Source of the DNA: Octopus vulgaris
Taxonomy: Eukaryota
Length of the DNA stretch: 64,000 nt
Direction: 5' to 3'
NCBI GenBank assembly: GCA_951406725.2
Contig: OX597814.1
Location: 7,130,001-7,194,000, forward strand
Part shown: piece after piece, positions 14,154 through 26,250 of the stretch
How positions within the stretch are numbered: position 1 is the first letter of the stretch
Layout: each line of letters starts with the position of its first letter
Translations under genes and position numbers: made by a program
Notes under the pieces: model-generated
Seen by the model: the letters and a program-made list of their open reading frames with translations, nothing else
What the model was told of the DNA's origin: nothing
The model's database searches: none

Positions 14154-16674
14154 ATGGACATGAGTTAAAATTTTTAAAAATAAGAACAGTAATAAACGAA
14201 TAAAGAACAAATATATAGTGCATGTGTTTATTTAGCAAAAAAAATGACCGTCCTCAAATACAACAATATATGTATATATTCTTGGACTAACGGCTCTAAA
14301 TGTCTGTCTATGTCATTTATTCATTCGGAGCCCTAACCTTCCACAAATTTTACATTTTAAAAATTTCTAGATGCTAAAGTCTTATGAAGTTTTCCTGTCT
14401 AGTTGTTAAAAAGCAAGAAACATGGAGTAATTAACAGTCGACAACTGAGGGGAGGGGGTTAGACTTCTTTTGGTATTTTGTCCCGTACTTATCTCCCGTT
14501 GTGTGTATACATATTTTTCACTTGTTGGTGATGTTCTGTTCTTAATGTGTATTTTTCATTTATACACACACACACATTGGTGGTGGTGGTGGTGGTCTAA
14601 CATTTCAGGTATGCAAAAATAGAGAGACAAATCAAAGAACTTGAAATATTTAAAATAAAAATATAATTAATTCTATACCTTTCTGGTTAATGTTTGAGCA
14701 ATAAAGCTATTTATAACTGCTTTCATCAAAGGTAGACTTCAGGGGAATTAGTGGCAATAATATCAGAGAAAGTCAAGCCTTACCTTATCAACATAGTTTT
14801 AATCAAGAAACCTTTCTCTACTCAAACTGATTCTCTAATTTAATCATCATTTCTATTCCAAAATTACTGTAAATCATATAAAAGCCATTGTACTTCCTGT
14901 AGGAGTAGCAACAAAATGATTTTTGTTTCCCATTTTGCTAAGAAATTTTATTAAAATTTTTGCCTTCTGTTCACATGACAGTTAAAAAAAATTACAGATG
15001 GAATAACGTAGGTACATTTGGTGCACGTGTTTAAGTTGCAGTGACAGCATTTTATATGACATTTACTGGAGGGGAAATAACTAAAAACCCAATGAAGCCA
15101 TTAGTTCAAAAGATTGTCTTTTATGAAATAATATCTTGCAGGTAGTTGCTTGCAATCTATTCTTATGTGCAGCTCCTTTTCTTTCTTTCTTTGTATTTCC
15201 TAAATTCCCAGGGAGAATTTTGTGTACCCTTCACAATCTATACTTCTCTAAATGTCACATAATTCCTTCATAAACAGCAATTGCCTTTCACATAAATAAA
15301 ATCCATTTTCTTTTTTATTTTATTGTTATCTCATAGTTTTATACAACAGGAATGGATTTTAGCCCTAAACATTTGCGTCAAACAAAAACTCTTTAGAAGT
15401 CATTTCTAAATGAATTCTTCAATCCAAAGCATATCCTATAAATTCATTAAAATTATTACATAATACTTATAAATTCAGTGAAAAGGGGGAAAAATCACAA
15501 TTTTATTTTTTTTTTTCCAAAGATTGTGAAACAGTCAAGATTATTTTTTATTGAACCCAAACCAGATTTGTTTAAGGAAGATTGTATTTCTCTGCTTAAA
15601 TGAATAGATTATCTAAAGAAATAAAATACTGATTAAATTCTTCAATATCATGATAACATAGCCAACATAAATAAATTACATTATTGATCTTTGGTTTTTA
15701 ATCCCAAGATCCATTCCACAAATTTCATGAGGATGTTCATATCATGGAACTATCGAAAGTCAATGAGAACATTAAGTCAATCACAGAAATTGATGTAATT
15801 TTCTTTTGCCCAAATATTAAGACATAATAAACTATGTACGAAATAGGTAAATATTTATCATTCCCCCTATACTATTGATGTAAAATACCCTATTCTCCTC
15901 GCCTCACATACTGACAGGATTGTTAAAAGTCAGGAAGCTGTACAATACTCAAGAGATGAAACTGACGTAAAATTTAATGTAATATAATATTTTTGACATT
16001 GGCACTAAATTTCAAGATAAAATGTAATTATGTCTACAATTACTTGAGCTGATATGCAAATTTATTCGACTGGCAGTAAAATCTCAACATATTGCTTCGT
16101 ATCTCAATTTTCCCTGTGATTGAGTCAGCCAGTTCAGGTAGATCACTGCCGTATTTACATTCCAATATTCTTACACAATAAACATCAAAACAGAATGGGT
16201 TACATTGTAATATTGCTGCAGATTTCCTGGAGATTACTTATTGATCACTATTGTTAAGCATTTGTAAAATATCATAAAATCACCATCACAACCACCACCA
16301 TCATTATTTGAACGACTTATTTTTCCCCCCCATTTTCCTTTGGTTTCTATCTCCTAATGCACCTTAATCCTTCTTTATCTCTCTGTCAGAGCCAGCATAC
16401 TCAAGCCTGACCACACAACATCTTACCATAGACATAACTTACATCAATGTACACCACAATAAACTAAGATGTCTGTAGCAAAATATGTTGCGAAATGGTT
16501 TTCAGTGCTTTATTTGTCGTATTCACGGAATATTTTGGCAGGAGACGTTTATGTAAGAATAAAGAATATACAGGAAATGGTTATTAGCAGAAGTGTATGA
16601 AGGGAGAGAGAAAGCTTTGAGCTTCAATGGGACAAACATAGAACTATCTACAGAAATCGGTATGGTTATAATGA

Positions 16675-17065
16675 GTGGTGGTGGAAGCACTCTGTCGGTA
16701 ACGACGATGAGAGTTCCGGTTGATCCGATCAACGGAACAGCCTGCTCGTGAAATTAACGTGTAAGTGGCTGAGCACTCCACAGACACGTGTACCCTTAAC
16801 GTAGTTCTCGGGGATATTCAGCGTGACACAGAGAGTGACAAGGCCGGCCCTTTGAAATACAGGTGCATCAGAAACAGGAAGTAAGAGTGAGAGAAAGTTG
16901 TGGCGAAAGAGTACAGCAGGGATCACCCCCTCCCCCTGCCGGAGCCTCGTGGAGCTTTAGATGTTTTCGCTCAATAAACACTCACAATGCCTGGCCTGGG
17001 AATCGAAACCGCGATCCTATGACCACGAGTCCGCTGCCCTAACCACTGGGCCATTGCGCCTCCAC
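16675..17065 (-). mobile_element. SINE family A
   Basis: Reverse complement of 304-693; TSD TTATAATGA at 16666 and 17066. Confidence 0.9.
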
Positions 17066-17434
17066 TTATAATGAATACACCATACTGTAGATAGTTGAAA
17101 CAGTTGGAGATAGAAAACTGCAACATTTAAAGGGATACTCAAAGAACCGTGAGGGTCCTTTGTTGCAGAAGATCCTCTGCTAAAGGAGTCTCCATCAACC
17201 GTTGTTATTCTTCAATAACTCAAAGTATGATGGTAGGGTCAATATTTCAAAGTATAAAAATGTGTATGCACTGTCTATAGGCATGTACACATAGAACACA
17301 CATACTTGCACACACATGCATGCACACACACACACATGCATACACACACACACACACATACATACACACACACACACACGCATGCATACATACATACATA
17401 CATACATACATACATACATACATACATACATACA

Positions 17435-17467
<33 letters not shown>

Positions 17468-17842
17468 GAGCATGTCTAGATATGCAACTATATGCATGAG
17501 AATACATACATAAATACATACAAATCTGCACATATACATAAATACATACATAGAAACAAAAATATCGTTGTTGCTGTTGAAATTCCAATGAAGGAGATTG
17601 GATCTAGGTTAGAAACCAGTTCTTTCTCTAATGGCAAGAAATCTTGAAATAAACTGAATAATGACATACATACATGCATACAGCCATCCATCCATCCATC
17701 CATCCATCCATTCATACATACATACATACATACATACATACATACATACATACATACATACATACATACATGCATGCATAAACCCCTTAAGGAAGTCTGA
17801 AAGATATCTCACTGGTTCACAAGGAAACAGAACTACTAAAGT

Positions 17843-18714
17843 TATGTGGTCTGATCAATAAGTATCCGGACCGTTGCCATAGTAACGAAGCTAAAGCACG
17901 CAGAGTAAAGCTGCTCAGTACAAATTGATATTGACCTCTGCTGTGCAAGTGAACTAAGTTTTAACATTGTAGCTCACTTCTGCTGTTTACAGCAGTGCTT
18001 GGAAGGAAGGCGTGTAGTGTGTGGAGCAGAATCTGCATTGGATTTTGCCAGAAGCTTGGAGATACCTGCTCAGAGGCCTACACAAAGTTTGCAAGAAGTT
18101 TCCATCGTTCTCGACACAGTCAAGGAGATCTTGTGCAACTGAAACCCAATTGTCTTTTTGATCACCTGAAAGCAATTTTGGCACAAATTTGGCAGAAACG
18201 CGTCTCATACCCAAATCTTCAGTGATAATGGACTGAACTGAACCGTAACTAATCTGCACATCTTCTGATAACTCAAGGATGGTGATTAGATGCTTTTCCC
18301 TCACAGCTGCATGCACATCTGCAATATTTTTCTTAGTTCTGCTGGTTGCGGGTCTCCCAGAATGTTTGGAAATATCAACATTTTTTCAACCATCTTAGAA
18401 ACGTCTGAACCACTCATACACTTGTGCACGGCTCATACACACCTCTCCATACACTTTCTGTAACTTTGCACAAGCCTCTGAGCAGGTAAGGTATCACCAT
18501 GAAAACTTTCTCTGTCATGGTCAATGCGACAATCACACACTACACACCTTCCTTCCAAGCACTGCTGTAAACAGTGGAAGTGAGCTAGAATATTAAAAAT
18601 TAGTGCACATGCACAGCAGAGTTCATGGTCAATCTTTGCCAAACAGCTTCATCCTGCGTGCTTTAGCTTCGTTCCTATAGTAACAGTCCAGATACTTAAT
18701 GATCAGACCTCATA
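17843..18714 (-). mobile_element. Internally deleted mariner with ~255 bp inverted termini
   Basis: TA-flanked termini GGTCTGATCAATAAGTATC / GATACTTAATGATCAGACC; N-terminal transposase ..EDLGMRRVSAKFVPKLLS (WVPHEL-like motif) on the minus strand. Confidence 0.88.
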
Positions 18715-19500
18715 CACTGTTTTTTGTGGATGACTTGAAACTGTATGCAAAGAATATGCATGAGATGAAAAAGAGCCTTGACCTAGTTACGACATTCTCA
18801 AAGGATGTAGGGTTGGAGTTTGGTCAGGATAAATGTTGTTATATGGTTGTGAAAAGGGGGAAAGCTGTAAACCAGACTAGTAGCATCTCCATCAAAGATT
18901 TGACTGTTTCCTCTATATCTGATGAGGAATATTACTGATATCTGGGGGTGCATGAATACATATCTTACATTGGCACCTGTAACAAAACACGTGTCTCTAA
19001 AGACTATCACAGCCAAATAAAGAAAATTTGGACCTCAGAACTCTCTGCATTCAATGAAACAGTGGCCCACAATGTGTTTGCAGTGCCTCTACTTATACCA
19101 ACATTTGGTCTGCTTAACTGGACGCTTGATGAGATCCGAGCCATTGCTGTGAAAACCCAAACGATATTAACCAGCACACGTAATTTCCACATCAATAGTG
19201 ACGTAGACTGCCTCTACCTAAAAGAAAATCAAGATGGCAGAGGCTTAACATCAATCCAAACTGCCTTTGAATGCCTTAGGCAACATCCTTTCACCACAAA
19301 GTTTCATAGTGCATCCATTGACCAAGTTCACGTACATGAGGCTGATAACATCATCAGAGTTGCAAAGCAGCTCTGTGAGCTGCGTTCTTTGTCTGATAAC
19401 CTAGAATACAGGAACAAAGCAGTGACACAACTCTACCACAACACATCACAAAGATGAAAGGAGAAGACCATGTTTATCAGCAGAAGACGATGCATGGATA
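18715..19500 (+). pseudogene. R4/Dong-like non-LTR reverse transcriptase fragment
   Basis: LFFVDDLKLYAKN, FSKDVGLEFGQDKC, FHINSDVDCLYL..DGRGL; in-frame stop at 18936. Confidence 0.8.
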
Positions 19501-19840
19501 TAAGTAGGGGTTCACCAACGACCAGTTCTCAGCAATAGCAGAGGAATTTAAGATTGGTACCCTTTGGGAGCTCTTCCATGGTAATGAGTTTGTTTTTAAA
19601 GCTGAATCACTGCCTGAACTAGAGAAGAAATTTCAGGCATGGAGACAAGGTCACCCTACGATCCAAGGTACTTTGAATGGGCTGGGGCTGGTTATGTGAT
19701 GCTGGTGTAGGATACGCCATGGACTCACTTTATTTGTCAGATCTTTATATATATGTATATATATATACCGGAGTAAACACATAAATGTGAAACAAGGTGG
19801 AAAAAAGAGTACTCAAATACCAGTGGTAGAGTAATATGCT

Positions 19841-20435
19841 GCCCACTGTGGTCTCCCCATACAAGACAAAACATCTCGAGGATTGAATCAACCCAGAGAG
19901 CACTCACTAAATGAATTGAAGGCATGGCTACTCTCGATTATTGAGATTGCCTTAAAGCCTTGAAACTCTACTCTCTCCAGCGTCGCCATGAGCAGTACAT
20001 CATTTGTATGATGTGAAGAATATACCACCAACTTTGCCCAAACGACCTGAACATTAGCGCTTCAAGGCTCATCCAAGACTGGGACCACGGGCCATACGTC
20101 CCCTTCCCAATTCAAGATCACAGCATACATGTACACTACAACATAATTTCTTTTCCTCAACAGGCCCTGCCCTATTTAACATTGAGCCGAAAGAGATCAA
20201 AGAGGAACAGGATCCCATCAACTTTAAACGGAGTCTGGATAGATTCCTTCAAGGAATACCAGATAAGCCACCCATAATTGGATACAACTCACCCAACAAA
20301 AACTCACTACTTGAATGGACCATAAACAAAATTGACTTAAACAGGATTCAAATAATCCTATCAGGTGGTGCTATTAAGTTAGACATGGCCTGGACCAATC
20401 ATTGGTCAAAACATATCTAAGTTTATCTAAGTTTA
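19841..20435 (+). mobile_element. CR1-clade LINE 3' end fragment
   Basis: PLWSPH..ISRIESTQR..LKALKLYSLQRR motifs; ends in a short (TATCTAAGTT)2 tail. Confidence 0.75.
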
Positions 20436-20467
20436 TATATATGTATATATATATATGTATGTATATA

Positions 20468-20524
<57 letters not shown>

Positions 20525-20534
<10 letters not shown>

Positions 20535-20825
20535 TATAATAAATTTGAGACAAAACCACTATTATGCAAATCAAACAAAGAAAGACTTAAGCCAATACAT
20601 AAACTATAAATAATTTATATAAATTAAAATTTAACAAATGAATAACCACTACGATCGTTTCGTGTCAGCACATCTTAGACATTCTTAAGTCTTTCTTTGT
20701 TAGATTTGCATAATAGTGGTTTTGTCTCTTATTTATTATAATATAATATTTTATTATAAAATTGGATTCAATCTTAAATCTGATTTTTCCTTGTAAATTT
20801 GGATTTATTCCCTAATATTTATTAT
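20525..20825. mobile_element. Penelope-like pLTR fragment with inverted repeat and truncated hammerhead
   Basis: 20528-20591 inverted versus 20684-20747; minus 20646-20689 reads CUUAAGA-AUGUC..GACAC-GAAA-CGAUCG-UA-GUGG; both sides are (TA)n. Confidence 0.65.
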
Positions 20826-20865
20826 TATATGTATATAAATATATGTATATATGTATATATATATG

Positions 20866-20901
<36 letters not shown>

Positions 20902-21010
20902 TGTATGTATATATATATGTATATATATATGTATATGTATATGTGTATATGTATAAATATGTATATGTATATATATGTGTATATGTATATATAGGTATAT
21001 GTATATATAC

Positions 21011-21041
<31 letters not shown>

Positions 21042-21042
21042 C

Positions 21043-21074
<32 letters not shown>

Positions 21075-21249
21075 ATATGTATATGTATATATATACATGT
21101 ATAAGTATATGTATATGTATATATATATATCATCACCATTATCATGATTTTACTCCTGGTTTTAATCTGGCATGGCTCAGAGAGTTTTGTGTGTGTGAGT
21201 TTATACTGATACATACTCGTACACATATATGAAAATATACATACGCACT

Positions 21250-22270
21250 GTGCGAGTAGGCGTTCCCCAAGGATCAGTTCTCAGCCCCTTCTTCTTTATC
21301 ATATTCCCCTGAGCAATAACAGAGGAATTTAAAACTTGTTGTCCATGGGAGTTTCTCTATGCTGAAGACTTTGTTCTTATAGCTGAATCTTTTGTAGAAC
21401 AAGAGAAGAAATTTTCAGTGGGGAAGCAAGGCCTGGACTTAAAAAGCCTTAAAGTTAATTTAGCCAAAGTACTGGTAAACAGAAAAGCAAACAAACTATT
21501 AATCCTTTCAGGAAGTAACTCTGCTCAGTCTGTAGAAAAGGTGTTGGTAGAAACTCCATATGGTGTACCCAGTGCCAGCTATGGACACATAAGAGGTGCA
21601 GTAGAATTGCAGGAAGTCTTAGCAGAGAAAGTAGTCTTTGTGTGTGGCAGATGTGCAGGAACAATAAACCCTAGAAACACACAGGAAATAGATTTCCTCA
21701 AATGCCCACGAATATTCTGAGAGATAGCAGATAGTTTCTGTTACCTAGGTGACCAAATTATCAGTGGAGGGGGAAGTTCTGAAAGCATAGTTGCTAAAAT
21801 AAGATCGGGCCAGGCAAATTTCAAAGAGCTTCTATCTTTGTTGGTAACAAAGGGCCTCCCCATCAGAGTGAAAGGCAGATTGTATGATACTTGTGTGTAT
21901 GAACAACTCTGCTACAAAATAGTGAAACATGGATTGTGACTAAAGATGACATGCAAAGGTTTGAAAGAAATGAAGCTAACATCCGCTGTTGGATGTGCAA
22001 TGTCAATGTAAACGTATAACAAAGTAGATGTCTTGAGAGAAAAATTAGGTATAAGAGGCATCAGATATAGCATACAAGAAAGAACACCGCTTTGGTATAG
22101 TCATGAGATGTGTATAGAAGAAGATGACTGCATAAAGAAATGCAGATCATTGAATGTGAAGGGGGACCTGTGAAAGAGGGACAAAGTGGTGAAAAAGGAT
22201 CTTCAGATGTTGAGCCTCATAGAGAAGATGATAAAGGATTGAGATGATTGGTGACTTGAGAAGACTTTGT
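21250..22270 (+). mobile_element. Decayed RTE LINE RT/C-terminal fragment
   Basis: Colinear with 61860-62900 ([26 protein letters not shown]). Confidence 0.88.
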
Positions 22271-22536
22271 CACTTTAAGACAAATAGGGAAAATGAGAAG
22301 AGTATAGATTAATGTATATCGGAAATCTGCAAATGGCTCCATGACTACCATCTTGGCTATAACCTTAGAGCCCTAGTAATCCGTTACAGCACTTACCTAG
22401 CATACCTAATCGTTTTGATCACCTGTGAACTAAATCCCCAAATCACCAATCGTCTCAGTCTTTTGTCATCTTCTCTGTGAGGCTCAACATCTGAAGATCA
22501 TTTTTCACCACTTTGTCTCATGTCTTTTGGGATGCA

Positions 22537-22748
22537 CCTCTGGCCCCTGTGCCAGAGGCACGTAAAAATCACCCACTACACTCATGGAGTGGTTGGTATT
22601 AGGAAGGGCATCCAGTTGTAGAAACCCTGCCAGATCAGACTGGAGCCTGGTGCAGTATCCTGGCTTCCTAGACCCCAGTTGAACCATCCAACCCATGCTA
22701 GCATGGAAAATGGATGTTAAACGATGATGATGATGATGATGATGATGA
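22537..22748 (+). mobile_element. RTE 3' UTR/tail fragment
   Basis: GGCACGTAAAAATCACC...AGGAAGGGCATCCAG...(GAT)n. Confidence 0.85.
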
Positions 22749-23515
22749 TATATATATATATATATATACACATATATATGCACATACATACACACATATA
22801 TATATTATGTTATGCTTAGAAGTGACGCACTTAACCTTGTTATCATATACTTGTTATAATGGGCTTCATTCATTTTCCATAATCCAACTCTTCTCACAAG
22901 GTTTTGGTCAGTCTGATTATATAATAGAAGACACTTGTGCAAGGTGCCATGCAGTGGAACAGAACCCAAAACCTTGTGCTTTACAGGAAAACTTCTCAAC
23001 CTCACACTCATGCCTGCACCAATGTTGGAATTAACTTTTGCAAATAAATTCTGTTGACCTTACAACACTAAATATAGAATTTTGGTTTATGCATCAGTGT
23101 TTTGTCATGAATTAGGTAGAATAACGCTGTGTGTTTCCTTGACATTGAAATGATTTAAAGGAGAAAACATTCTTCAAATCAAAAATGTCTAAGATATTTA
23201 AAATTCAACAAATTAAAGTGCGTTAGTTTATTTCAGGAATAGGAAAGCACAGCAGTGTATCTATCAATTTCTTTTTCAATGGCAATCAATAAAACGTATT
23301 TTCCTTTCCTGAGAATTGTAATGTTTCTCTTAAAATGTCTCCCAGAATATTCACAAATGATTTTAATGTCTTTGCTTTTCTGACTTGGATATTGAGAAAT
23401 AGAAATATGAATCAGGGATAAAAAAAAACAACTTCTTTTATTTGTAACAGTTAATGAAGAATTACCATTGATAATAGAGCTTCTTGAATCTTAGAATGTG
23501 TGTGTGTGTATACAT

Positions 23516-23551
<36 letters not shown>

Positions 23552-24809
23552 GACGTCAGTAGTTCATATAACCAGAAAAGCACACTCAAAAACATTAGAG
23601 CAGTAATATATTTTTAGGAAGTTAATTGTAACAGCCAGTCACAGAGTGACCATTGGTTTTGCACCTATAAAGCACTTAGCTATATTAGTGATTTGTCAGA
23701 TTCAAATGGCTGAAGGGGCATAACCTCTCTACAACTGGAGGAATAAATACGTCACAGTCAATTAATTTTGCAAACAAAATATATTTGTCCATGTGGGGAT
23801 ACTGCAGATAGGATGGATTTATCTCCTTTACATAGGCTCTGGGTGTGGTGATATTTGAAGAAGCTGTAGTGAGTCTATTCAATAAATGGGAATTCCAAGC
23901 TTGTTGTAGGAAAAGTTTTAGGTGTGGGCATTGATTAAATACTTCCTTCAAGGAGTTTAAAGGGTCTCCAGGTTGAGTGAGTTTTTTTTTTTTAATTCAT
24001 GTCGTCTCGTTTGCTCCCATTTATATAAGACCCCGGTTGTTCTAGGAGCTTCTATTTAATTATGTATGGGGTTCCTTCCTCTTTTAAGAGCCATACATGG
24101 CTAGTCAGGGACATGATGTTGCACCTTTCTTTTATGCTAATAGAGGACCTGTGGTTGCTCAGATATTGCTTAAACAGGGGCTCAGTTGAACCAGCATATT
24201 TTCATGTCTGTCTATTGGATGTGCTACCATGATGATGTTTCTTTCATTAACTCCAGGTCTTATGTCCTTTTTGTTGTTGCTGGAGTCACTGCCAGTGCTA
24301 ATATCCCTGGACTTGATTCTGGTGGTTCTGTTGTTGCTGACATAGCAGCTATTTCCTCTTCTCTCTCAATGTAGAATTTGTTGGGTAAGAATTATACAGC
24401 ACCTCTCGCATGGACAGATACTTTTTGTCTACAAAACTAACTAACTAACTATGAAATATTCCTTCCTCCAGTTGTAAAGAGGTTATGCACCTTCTGCCAT
24501 TTGAGTTTGGTGGGTTGCCTATACTGTTAAGTGCTTTATAGGTGCGAAACGACCAGCCACAAAGATGAGATCATTGTCATTTGTCTTTCAGGTAGCCTGC
24601 AGAAGAATATGAAAGCTGTTTGTTCATTTGGCAGACTCACCTGAAGAACATAAACAGAGATAATTGTTGCTGCAAAACTAACCTGAGCTTAAGTACTCCA
24701 ACACACATTCTGACTACCTCTATGACCTTATCAACCCATTTCTCTGCAAGAATTATGCCCACACCACCTACCCTGTCACTATTACCTACCTAGAAGATTT
24801 TATACCATA

Positions 24810-25193
24810 TATACTTGCGTCAGAAATTAATTAGCACTTCTCAAATTTCTACATTAAATAGGTTAAATCAATTAACCTATGAGCTGTTCAAAACGTCTTA
24901 CGCGATGAGAAAACTTAGTATGGTGTGATTTCGGTCCTTGCGAGGCGCTACCTATATCTATTAAACAAAGGAAGATTTGTCTGCATCCGCACTCCAAGTT
25001 GTTGTTGCACTGCTATGTCAACATCATAAGGCTGTAGACTCTCAAACTGCTCTGCAAACAAAGTTACGTCATCGTTCTGTGCAACAGTGAACTCGCAACA
25101 AAGCAATAGTTCGAGATATGGCCACTAGGTGACAGCACATACCTTGAGTGAAGAGCAAATCAAGGGTGCTAATTAATTTCTGACGGTAGTGTA
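24810..25193. mobile_element. Tc1/mariner-type MITE
   Basis: TIRs CGTCAGAAATTAATTAGCAC / GTGCTAATTAATTTCTGACG, TA flanks, no coding capacity. Confidence 0.85.
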
Positions 25194-25344
25194 TAAATGA
25201 GCAATTACCTCCCCTGTCTTAAATAATAACTATCACCAATTACCTCCTCTTAGAATTTTCTACTTGTTGATTCATTAACAAACTTTCATACAAAAACATG
25301 GTCTAAAAACTTCTTAAGAAACTACGAAATCACAATAATTTCAA

Positions 25345-25377
25345 TGTCATGATTAGCGAAAGCGAAACAAGTCGACA
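25345..25377 (+). ncRNA. Ultra-minimal hammerhead-like motif with A3-U8 core variant
   Basis: UGUC-AUGAUUA-GC(GAAA)GC-GAAA-CAAG-UC-GACA; AT-rich pLTR-like trailer ends in (TA)n at 25519. Confidence 0.6.
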
Positions 25378-25739
25378 ACCACAATACTCTTTCATTTAAA
25401 ATATATTAAAAGTATGTAGACTGTGTGCATTTTCCTTCTTTTATTATATATATTTCTTTTTGCATTACAACTCACCATATGGGTGTAATCAAAATTCTCT
25501 TCCTCACTTTTCTTACCATATATATATATATATATATATATATTCTTACTAATTTGAGCTCAAGATCTACAGCCATACTGTGGCAGAGTCATTAGATTTG
25601 CAACACTTTGATTACTTCACTCTTCCTTTGATAATTAGCATTTGGTGAATGAGGGAGTTTGGTGCAGTTGCTTTCATTTGCATTTTCTGTTATAAGGTTG
25701 GTTCATCTAGAATTCTTGATGGGAGATCCAATTTTGTTT

Positions 25740-26250
25740 TAAAGACACCTATATCCACCCCATGTAGGTCTCTCAAGCTTCTCAGGAAGAAGAGAAAGAG
25801 CTGTAGGTTAGCATCCACTCACATCACATGACCAAACCAGCACAATTTCTCTCTTGCACGCTGCATCTAATCCCTCTTATGCTTGACTTCTCTCCCAATA
25901 CACCAGCACTCTGTTGCACAAGAACCCTGACTCTACACATCCAGTGGAGCATACTAACCTCATTCCTCTCCAACCTTCACATGTCTTCTGCATTCAGAGG
26001 ACATGAATGCAGTCCTCTGGATGCAGAAGACTCTGCCCATGTCTCCCTACCATGTAGAATTGCTGTCCATAGACATGCATCATACACTCTTCCCTTCATT
26101 CGGTGAAGGAAACCTTCGTAGCAACAGAGATAAAAACTCTCTGAATGCCTTCCCTCATATTCTTATTCCAGCTGTTACATTCTCCGTGCATCCTCCCTTA
26201 CGACTAATTTGGTTACCTAGGTAACATAAATTATCTACAACCTCTAATGA
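25740..26250 (-). mobile_element. Decayed RTE C-terminal fragment
   Basis: Reverse complement of 62320-62760 (YLGN.., GRETWA.., WMC..). Confidence 0.75.

Larger units (their letters stand above)
13835..14275. repeat. ~200 bp-arm inverted repeat (Penelope-like pLTR inversion) with two hammerheads
   Basis: 13925-14010 is the reverse complement of 14105-14195; arms extend to about 13835 and 14275. Confidence 0.8.
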
